In this document: in pieces, positions 55,774-64,000 of the stretch
Layout of the letters: each line of letters opens with the position of its first letter
How positions within the stretch are numbered: the first letter of the stretch is position 1
NCBI GenBank assembly: GCA_016699245.1
Contig: CP064968.1
Location: forward strand, 15,654 to 79,653
Origin: Candidatus Kaiserbacteria bacterium
GTDB taxonomy: Bacteria > Patescibacteriota > Minisyncoccia > Phycocordibacterales > UBA918
Direction of reading: 5' to 3'
DNA: 64,000 nucleotides
Position numbers and translations under genes: made by a program
The notes under the pieces: model-generated
What the model was told of the DNA's origin: nothing
Databases searched by the model: none
Seen by the model: the letters and a program-made list of their open reading frames with translations, nothing else

Positions 55774-56955
55774 ATGGACAATGCACTAGTGGAGTATGTT
55801 GCGAACCGTATACGAGCCGGTGTTACAAAGGCAGAAGTGCAAGAAGAACTGCTTGCCGTCGGTTGGTCTGAAGAGGAAAGTGCGCATGCATACAAATCAG
55901 CGCTTGTCGTATTCGGTACACCAGTTCCCACTGAAGGTAATCGTCAAATATTTACGAAGAAATCTTCGACGGTTGATGTGGTGGTCAATTTTTTCTCTTT
56001 CATTCTTCTCGGTATCACCGCCACATCTCTTGGAACGCTTTTCTACCAAGTCATCAATAAGTTCATAAAAGACCCACTCGATGCCACCGTCCATTATTGG
56101 TATGATTCTTCTTGGCAGACCGATGTTATTCACTATGCAATTGCCGCACTCCTCATTGCGTACCCGCTCTACTTTTTCGCCATGCACATCTGGTTTAAGA
56201 AATTCAGAGAAGATGAAGGACGTTCTGAATCAAAACTCACCAAGTGGCTTACATACCTCGTGTTACTCGTTGCTGCGGTCACGGTAGTCGGAGATCTTAT
56301 TACTGTCGTATACAAGATGTTGCAGGGAGAAGCATCAGCACGTTTCTTCTTGAAAGCACTCACTATCCTTGTTATTGCAGGAATGATATTTGCGTTCTAT
56401 TATCTGGAACGAAAGAAAGTCCAGTATCAGTTAGATATACCTCGTTCAATCTTTAAGTCCCTCGGTATGTTCACAACAGGTCTAGTGACTGTGGCGATTG
56501 TTCTCGGTTTCTTCGCGGGCGGTTCTCCGAAGACAGAGCGAAATCGGACGTTTGATGTGACCCGTGCAAGCGACCTCACTAATCTTGTAAATTGTGTTTC
56601 TTCCTATGCGATTACTTATGAAGTACTTCCCGCAACACTTGATGATCTTAAAAATTCACGCGATTATTATTGCAATGCATCGATGACCGACCCAGAAACA
56701 GGCACAGCATACACATACCGTATTGTGACACCAAGTACTATTCGAGGCACTGAGCGAGTGGGTGAGTTTGAACTTTGTGCTACATTTGCACTCCAATCAG
56801 AGAAAGCAAATGGCAATTCATACTATTATGGTAACAGCGAACAATGGTCTGAACATACAGCGGGCCTCAATTGCGATACAATGGATGCTCGAATTGGTGA
56901 CGCGTACCCCATGCCAACAGGAACAACCGGTGCACCTACTAATTGGAATTATTAA
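55774..56955 (+). CDS. Hypothetical polytopic membrane protein with Cys-containing C-terminal extracytoplasmic domain
   Basis: 393 aa with a soluble N-terminal ~55 aa, 4-5 TM helices and a C-terminal domain with four Cys; no family recognised. Confidence 0.4.
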   Translation: MDNALVEYVANRIRAGVTKAEVQEELLAVGWSEEESAHAYKSALVVFGTPVPTEGNRQIFTKKSSTVDVVVNFFSFILLGITATSLGTLFYQVINKFIKDPLDATVHYWYDSSWQTDVIHYAIAALLIAYPLYFFAMHIWFKKFREDEGRSESKLTKWLTYLVLLVAAVTVVGDLITVVYKMLQGEASARFFLKALTILVIAGMIFAFYYLERKKVQYQLDIPRSIFKSLGMFTTGLVTVAIVLGFFAGGSPKTERNRTFDVTRASDLTNLVNCVSSYAITYEVLPATLDDLKNSRDYYCNASMTDPETGTAYTYRIVTPSTIRGTERVGEFELCATFALQSEKANGNSYYYGNSEQWSEHTAGLNCDTMDARIGDAYPMPTGTTGAPTNWNY

Positions 56956-57067
56956 TGTATTTCTACAGATGATACACTCGCTTGACCTTCGGTAAAGGAA
57001 ATGTCTCAGGATATTTCTCGTGAGTATGATGCTCAGGAAGTGATGTTTAGTGAGTCAATCTCGAGTA

Positions 57068-57562
57068 CCTCAAAACTCTTATTCGATACCACAACAAGAA
57101 CCACAAATCCTTTCTCGGCACGAACTTTTGCAGGGCACGCATAAGGCATGAAAACTAAAAGCAATGCTTTTAGTTTCCAGGCCTTTGCTCCGCTCCTCCC
57201 CTGAGCGACTTACAGTCGCTGTTCAGGTTGTATGATATTTTTCGTAAACTCAAAATATCGACAACCTCTTGCGAAAGTCTCCCAGACTTTCTCACGTCCG
57301 CGAGGCCCTGCAAAAGTTGTGCCTCAACGAATTTGTTCACTTTGTAAGCTTAGAGCAAAACTCGTTGAGGTACCACTTTAGATATGCACCACAGAGAGTA
57401 CATCCATTTTTATAGTCGCCGTTCGGCTCCTTAAAAATTAGGTGCCTCGCGCAAGGCCACACAGGCCGAGCGGAGCAAAGCCCCGAAAATAAAATCCAAA
57501 GGATTTGTTTTTCGGGGCTTATGCGTGCAGATATAAAGTGGTGCCGAAAAAGAGTTTTGACA
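57068..57562 (+). mobile_element. MITE-like / structured repeat element, copy D (largest copy, 495 bp)
   Basis: Left TIR CCTCAAAACTCTTATTCGATACCAC...AACCACAAATCCTTTCTCGGCACGAACTTTTGCAGGGCACGCATAAG. The right TIR CTTATGCGTGCAGATATAAAGTGGTGCCGAAAAAGAGTTTTGACA is the reverse complement of copy A's left end. Internal arms and the central CCTCAACGA...TCGTTGAGG hairpin are conserved. Confidence 0.5.
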
Positions 57563-57863
57563 CCGACATTCCCAAAAGAGTGGGGAATACCAAAATCCAC
57601 AGGTAACTGTTGACCTTTTTGAGCGGGTCTGGTATTATTCCGGCACGCAATAGATCTCGGATGAGTCATGGATGTGCGATGTTTGGAGGGGGGTCATATA
57701 CAGCGCTGTATATGAAAGAGCACCAGGGAACCTAAGTTCCGTAATCACGACCACGTGATGTACACATTACTCGCACAGTAAAAACGACATTAGAACAACG
57801 CACTTTGGGTGCGGTTATTTTGTTGTTATGCCGTTTTTGCTTTTATACATAACACGTATACGT

Positions 57864-60800
57864 ATGTCTAACGCACCACAGCACGGAGGAGCCTCAGTGG
57901 GAATGCTTCCAAAGAAGCGATTCCAAAATTTTCGTGACGCACGTGTGTCACTGCCTGACCTCGTTGAACCACAACGATTGTCATACACCAACTTCATTGA
58001 GGTAGGACTCAAGGAAGTCTTTAAGGAGTTTTCACCTATCAGTGACTATTCTGATAAGAAATTCGACCTCATTTTCAAAAAGTATGAATTGGGTCAGCCA
58101 AAGACCACTCCCGAGCACGCACGTGAAAACAAACTCACGTACGAGGCACCACTCCGCGCACTCGTTGCGCTCAACAACAAGACCTTTGGTGGTGAGAAGG
58201 AGCAAGAGATTTTTCTCGCCGACATTCCGGTGATGACCGAAAATGGTACCTTCATCATCAATGGTGTTGAGCGCGTTATCGTGCCACAACTCGCCCGTTC
58301 ATACGGTATTTTCTTTACCACAAATGAATCAAAGGGCCGTACCTTCTTTGGTGCAAAAATCATTCCTGCTCGCGGTGCGTGGGTAGAGATTGAGTCTGAG
58401 GCTGATGGGGTGATTTATGTAAAAATAGACCGCAAGCGCAAGTTCCCTATTTCATCCCTTTTCCGTGTACTTGGTGTGACGAGCGACAAAGACATGCTCA
58501 AGCTCTTTAAGGGTATTGCTCATGCTGATGAGTACATCACCCGTACCCTTGCAAAGGATCCAGCAAAGCAGGCTGATGATTCATACATCGAAATCTACCG
58601 TCGCCTTCGTGACGGTGACCTTGCCACAGTCGACAACGCAAAGGAGTTTATTAACTCCATCTTTAGCACCACTCGCTACGACCTTTCAGAAATTGGTCGC
58701 CATCACTTCAACGAGCGTTTCGGACTTTCCACAGATGCAAAGGCAGATGCACAGCGCATTGTGTCTGTAGAAGACTTGGTGACTATCATCAAAAACATCA
58801 TTGAGCAAAATCACACCCCCGGTGCTATTGCCGATGACATCGACCATCTCGGATTCCGCCGTGTACGTTACTTTGGAGAGATGCTCCAACAGCGTATTCG
58901 TGTGGGTATGACTCGCGTGAAGCGCAACATACAAGACCGCATGTCGACGATTGAGGCAGAAACATCGCTCCCGATGTCACTCATCAATCCCCGACCACTC
59001 CAAGCAGCGATTAAGGAGTTTTTCACCACAAACCAACTTTCACAGTTTATGCAACAGCAAAACATGCTTGCAGAACTTGAAGGACTCCGTACGCTTTCCG
59101 CACTCGGTCCCGGTGGACTCACCCGTGAGCGTGCAGGCTTTGAGGTACGTGACGTACACACCTCACACTATGGCCGCCTCTGTCCTATTCACACACCAGA
59201 AGGTCCAAACATTGGTCTTATTCTTCGTCTTGCGATGTACGCACGCGTCAATCGTTTCGGTATTATTGAGACTCCATACGCAAAGGTAGAGAAAGGTGTG
59301 GTGACCGATGAAATTATCTACCTAAACGCTCACGAAGAAGAGCGCTACCACATTGCACACGCTGCTATTGAAGTTGATGATGCAGGGAAGATAAAGCCCG
59401 ATATCGTCGAAGCGCGTTTTAAGGGCGAGCCAGTCATTGTGCCAAAAAAGAATATTGAGTTTGTCGACATCGCTACCAATCAAGCCTTCTCAGTAGCGAC
59501 TTCAATGATTCCATTCATCAATCACGATGACGCCAACCGCGCACTCATGGGTAGTAACATGCAGAAGCAGGCAACTCCCTGCATCATTCAGGAAGCACCA
59601 CTCGTCGCCACCGGTGTCGAGGAACTCTCTGCACGTGATACGGGCCGTATGATTACCGCCCTCGAAGCAGGTGAAGTAGTGGAAGTAGACGCTCGTCACG
59701 TCGTCGTAAAGAATAAAGATGGCAAGAAGAAGGAATACACACTGACGACGTTCCAGCGCACCAACGACTTCTCTGCCTTCTACCACATCGCATCCGTCTC
59801 AGTAGGAGATAAGGTAAAGCGTGGCGACGTACTCGCAAATACTTCATCGACTGACACGGGCCAAATGGCACTCGGACAAAACATGCTCGTCGCCTTTATG
59901 AGTTGGTCAGGTGCCAACTACGAGGATGCCATCATTATTTCTGAACGTGTTGTAAAGGATAGTAAGTTCTCAACCATTCACCTCGATGAACTCGAAGTCT
60001 CCGTGCGTGACACAAAACTTGGCCCTGAGGTCACCACGCCAGATATTCCAAATGTGAGTGAATTGAAACTCCGCAATCTTGATGAAGAAGGAATCATTCG
60101 TGTTGGTGCAGAAGTGCGCCCTGGAGACATTCTCGTGGGTAAGGTGACGCCAAAGGGCGAGACACAACTTACTCCTGAGGAACGCCTCCTCCGTTCAATC
60201 TTTGGAGAAAAAGCAAAAGATGTGAAAGATACTTCCCTTCGCCTTGAAGCAGGAAAGCGTGGTCGCATTATTGGCGTGAAAATCTTCACCCGTGAAAATG
60301 GTGACCAACTCGAAAGCGGTGTTATCAAGCGTATTCATATCACCGTCGCGCAGGTACGTAATGTATCCGTCGGAGATAAACTCGCAGGACGTCACGGTAA
60401 CAAGGGTGTTATCTCACGTATTCTTCCTGAGGAAGATATGCCATACACTGAAGACGGCAAGCCTGTTGATGTGATTCTCACACCACTCGGCGTACCTTCA
60501 CGTATGAACCTCGGACAGATTCTCGAACTGCACCTCGGTATGGCGGCGAATACGCTCGGCTACCAGGCTATTGTGCCTCCATTTGCAGGAGCGACTGAAG
60601 ATCATGTAAAGACCGAACTCGTTGCCGCTGGATTCCCTTCAGATGGAAAACTGTGGCTCCGTGATGGTCGCACCGGTGACACCTTTGCACAGCGTATTTC
60701 TGTGGGCTACATGTACATCTTGAAACTGCACCACATGGTAGAAGACAAGATCCACATGCGCTCAATTGGCCCCTACTCACTCATCACCCAGCAGCCACTC

Positions 60801-61070
60801 GGCGGAAAAGCACAGGTGGGAGGTCAGCGATTTGGAGAAATGGAAGTATGGGCACTTCTCGGCTATGGAGCAGCGTATACGCTCCGCGAGATGCTCACGA
60901 TTAAGTCAGACGATATTGTGGGACGTTCTGCCGCATTCGACGCCATCGTCCGTGGCGAAAAGATTAGTCATCCACACACACCGGCAGCATTCAATGTGCT
61001 CGTCAATCAGTTACGTGGCCTTTCACTCGACATCGATTTACGAAAGGAGCCGAGCGACCGCGCTTATTAA
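57864..61070 (+). CDS. rpoB: DNA-directed RNA polymerase subunit beta
   Basis: Full-length beta subunit with conserved blocks (e.g. GRHGNKGVISRILPEEDMPY; RFGEMEVWALLGYGAAYTLREMLT). The ATG at 57864 was chosen over the ORF-track start at 57828. Confidence 0.95.
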   Translation: MSNAPQHGGASVGMLPKKRFQNFRDARVSLPDLVEPQRLSYTNFIEVGLKEVFKEFSPISDYSDKKFDLIFKKYELGQPKTTPEHARENKLTYEAPLRALVALNNKTFGGEKEQEIFLADIPVMTENGTFIINGVERVIVPQLARSYGIFFTTNESKGRTFFGAKIIPARGAWVEIESEADGVIYVKIDRKRKFPISSLFRVLGVTSDKDMLKLFKGIAHADEYITRTLAKDPAKQADDSYIEIYRRLRDGDLATVDNAKEFINSIFSTTRYDLSEIGRHHFNERFGLSTDAKADAQRIVSVEDLVTIIKNIIEQNHTPGAIADDIDHLGFRRVRYFGEMLQQRIRVGMTRVKRNIQDRMSTIEAETSLPMSLINPRPLQAAIKEFFTTNQLSQFMQQQNMLAELEGLRTLSALGPGGLTRERAGFEVRDVHTSHYGRLCPIHTPEGPNIGLILRLAMYARVNRFGIIETPYAKVEKGVVTDEIIYLNAHEEERYHIAHAAIEVDDAGKIKPDIVEARFKGEPVIVPKKNIEFVDIATNQAFSVATSMIPFINHDDANRALMGSNMQKQATPCIIQEAPLVATGVEELSARDTGRMITALEAGEVVEVDARHVVVKNKDGKKKEYTLTTFQRTNDFSAFYHIASVSVGDKVKRGDVLANTSSTDTGQMALGQNMLVAFMSWSGANYEDAIIISERVVKDSKFSTIHLDELEVSVRDTKLGPEVTTPDIPNVSELKLRNLDEEGIIRVGAEVRPGDILVGKVTPKGETQLTPEERLLRSIFGEKAKDVKDTSLRLEAGKRGRIIGVKIFTRENGDQLESGVIKRIHITVAQVRNVSVGDKLAGRHGNKGVISRILPEEDMPYTEDGKPVDVILTPLGVPSRMNLGQILELHLGMAANTLGYQAIVPPFAGATEDHVKTELVAAGFPSDGKLWLRDGRTGDTFAQRISVGYMYILKLHHMVEDKIHMRSIGPYSLITQQPLGGKAQVGGQRFGEMEVWALLGYGAAYTLREMLTIKSDDIVGRSAAFDAIVRGEKISHPHTPAAFNVLVNQLRGLSLDIDLRKEPSDRAY

Positions 61071-61091
61071 TTCGTAGTTTTTAATCATCAT

Positions 61092-64000
61092 ATGAAAACA
61101 CAAGCTCCCCAGCAATTCAGCGAAATTTCGCTCAAACTCGCATCACCAGAGCGTATTCTCGAGTGGTCAAAGGGTGAGGTCACCAAGCCCGAGACCATCA
61201 ACTACCGCACCCAGCGCCCCGAGAAGCACGGTCTCTTTGACGAGAGAATCTTCGGACCCGTGGAAGACTACGAATGTGCGTGTAAGAAGTATCGTGGTAT
61301 ACGCTACAAAGGTATCACCTGTGAGAAGTGTGGTGTAGAAATCACTCGCTCTATCGTACGTCGTGAGCGTATGGGTCACATCGACCTCTGCGTACCGGTG
61401 TCACACATTTGGTTCCTCCGTGGCGTCCCGAGCCGTATTGCACTTATTCTCGGTACCTCAGCGGCATCAATCGAGAAGGTGGTGTACTTTGCGGGATATA
61501 TCGTCACCAAGGTAAGTCAGGATGAGAAGAATCGTATTTTGAAAGAACTCGACACTGAGTTTAAAACAAAGTACAAGGAACTCACTTCAGACACTGCTCG
61601 TGAAGACCTCCAAGGTCGCATGAGTGACATCAAGCACGAAATTGAATCAATCACCGTTGGTTCTATTCTCGATGAGATGCACTACCACAAGTACTCAATG
61701 AAGTACTCAACACTCTTTGACGCACGAATTGGTGCGGAGGCGATTTACGACATTTTCAAGAAACTCGACCTCGTACTCCTTCGCGACCAACTCGAAAAGG
61801 CGCGTGAGACCGCCGGTGCTGCAGAGCGTACGAAGCTCGACAAGCGTCTTTCGCTCATTAAGGGAATGATTCATGCAGAGGTACGTCCTGAGTGGATGTT
61901 CCTTATGCGTATCCCCGTGATTCCACCAGCACTTCGCCCTATGGTGGCGCTTGAGGGTGGACGTCATGCATCTTCAGACCTCAACGACCTCTACCGCCGT
62001 GTCATCAACCGAAACAATCGTCTCAAGAAACTCATCGACATCATGGCTCCGGATGTGATTCTCCGTAACGAGAAGCGTATCCTTCAGGAGGCAGTCGATG
62101 CACTTATCGACAACTCTATTCGTCACGGCAACACCGCATACTCTGCAATGAGTCAGGCACAGCGACGTCCACTCAAGTCACTTTCAGATTACTTGAAAAG
62201 TAAGCAAGGCTACTTCCGCCAGAACCTTCTCGGAAAACGAGTAGACTACTCGGGACGTTCCGTGATTGTGATTGGTCCAGACCTCTCACTCGACCAGTGT
62301 GGTCTCCCCAAGCACATGGCACTTGAACTCTTCCGCCCATTCGTTATTGCACAGCTTTTGAAGCAAGAACTCGCATACAACATTCGTGGTGCAGGACGCT
62401 TGATTGAAGATGGCGTACCTGAAGTGTGGGCGATTCTCGAAAATGTGATTAAAGATCGACACGTACTTCTCAACCGCGCACCAACACTCCACCGTCAGGG
62501 TATTCAGGCATTCCGCCCTGTACTTATTGAAGGTAATGCTATTCAGGTGCACCCGCTCGTGTGTCGCGCGTTCAACGCCGACTTCGACGGTGACCAGATG
62601 GCGGTACACGTACCGCTCGGTGAAGAAGCACAGTTTGAGGCACGGGAAATCATCTCTGCAAACAAGAACATCTTGAAGCCAGGAAGTGCAGACCCTGTCG
62701 TATCAGAAAAACTTCTCGATATGGCACTCGGTGCATTCTGGATGACCAAGATTATCGAAGGTGCAAACTGGCGAGGGCAAATTCTTTGCTTCCCCTAACG
62801 CAGCGATTATTGCCTATGACTTTGGGGTTATTGACCTTCGTGCAAAGGTGAAAGTGCTTGCGACTGATACCGAGAAGTATGCACAGTATAAGGGCGAGGT
62901 ATTTGAGACTTCAGTTGGACGCCTTCTCTTTAACTCAGTGCTCCCAAGTGACCACGATTACATTAATGATGTCATCACGCAGCGCACACTCTTTAACATC
63001 ATCATTGAGATTATCGATGTAGATGGTATTGGCGCAGTACCAAAGATTGTTGACCGCATGAAGCGATTTGGATTTGAGTACGCAACAAAAGTCTGGTACC
63101 ACATGGGGTATCGACGATGTGGTCGTGCCAAAGCAAAAGAAAGCAATCATCGAGAAAGCGCGAGGCGAAGAAGCAAAGGTACTCGCGTTCTTTAACGAGG
63201 GTCTCATCTCTCGCGATGAACGACGCCGCATGATTATTGAAATCTGGCACCGCACGAAGACCGAGATTGAAGGCACATTACCTGAGACACTTGATGTGAA
63301 TGGTTCGGTATACGACATGTGGAAGTCTGGCGCCCGCGGTTCTATGGGGACAGATTGCCATGATGGCTGGTATGAAGGGTCTCATCATCAACACACGAGG
63401 AGAAACACTCGAGTTCCCAATTACCTCTTCCATGAAGGAGGGAATGAGCCCAATTGAATACTTCATTACCACGCACGGTTCACGTAAGGGACTTGCCGAT
63501 ACCGCGCTCCAGACAGCAAAGGCTGGATACCTCACCCGTCGTCTCTTCGTGGTAGCACAGGATGCTATTGTGACTGAGCCAGACTGCAAGACTAAGGACG
63601 GTGTCACTATTGGTCGCGTCTCTTCATCAGGAATTGAGATTGCATTTAGCAAAGCGATTCGTGGACGCATCCTCGCCTTGGACGCGATAACGACTACTGG
63701 CGAAGTACTCTTCAAGAAAGGGCATCTCCTTTCACGTACTGACTCAATGGTTGTGGAGAAGTCAGACATTACGTCTGTCGAGGTACGCTCACCGATGACG
63801 TGTAAGACACTTCATGGTGTGTGTCAGCAGTGTTATGGTATCGACCTCACGACGAACAAACTGGTGGATATTGGAGAGGCAGTAGGAACTGTGGCTGCAC
63901 AAGCTATTGGAGAGCCAGGAACACAGCTTACGATGAATACCAAGCACGCAGGAGGTGCTGCGTCAGTCGGTGGAGACGTGACTCAGGGTCTTCCTCGTGT
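61092..64000 (+). CDS. rpoC: DNA-directed RNA polymerase subunit beta' (continues past window end), interrupted by three single-nucleotide frameshifts
   Basis: N-terminal Zn-finger ([23 protein letters not shown]), NADFDGD catalytic motif at about 62580. Homology continues across three frames: frame of 61092 to about 62760, frame of 62761 ([21 protein letters not shown]) to about 63090, frame of 63068 ([24 protein letters not shown]) to about 63350, frame of 63372 ([11 protein letters not shown]...[19 protein letters not shown]) to 64000. Confidence 0.85.

Overview
This 64 kb window is a gene-dense stretch of a small-genome bacterium that looks like a Candidate Phyla Radiation (Patescibacteria) member, possibly Parcubacteria-like. 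That assignment is inference from truncated PheT, ThrS and SMC, a NusB-NUDIX fusion, a four-helix-bundle cassette, tandem type IV pilins and a giant surface protein. TGA, TAA and TAG are all used as stops, so this is code 11 and not a UGA-recoded lineage.

Housekeeping genes I can support, in order: a partial pfkB kinase (minus), a 2-hydroxyacid dehydrogenase, rplY, a lytic-transglycosylase-like secreted protein, rpmE, prfA, rpsB, tsf, tRNA-Thr(UGU), a family 2 membrane glycosyltransferase, a PEGA-like protein, pheS, a four-helix-bundle cassette, pheT, gyrB. After the surface block described next: thrS (minus), dnaE (minus), rnhB, rpmF, nusB-NUDIX, rnc, two pilins, smc, rnr (minus), rpsP, a KH protein, trmD, rpoB and partial rpoC.

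The accessory content is a cell-surface block: a membrane protein, a sortase, and an Ig-repeat sortase substrate with a non-canonical VPYTG sorting signal. A HicAB pair plus an orphan BrnA-like antitoxin follows. After a 900 bp structured non-coding region comes one giant secreted protein gene (26015-39377, about 4450 aa if contiguous) with LamG domains and several repeat families. As assembled it is split by two 1-nt homopolymer deletions inside a perfect 874 bp duplication.

Other notable items:
- A RAYT-type Y1 transposase (39464-40138) flanked by four copies of a 25 bp REP palindrome, one of them inside the transposase ORF.
- Four copies of a 330-500 bp MITE-like or structured-RNA element with long terminal inverted repeats.
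- tRNA-Thr followed by two 171 bp tandem pseudo-tRNA units with insertions.
- Arrays of an ATAGAAA/ATAGAAG heptamer.

Assembly quality is a concern: a 400 bp poly-G/poly-C block sits where rimM is expected, and rpoC carries three single-nucleotide frameshifts.
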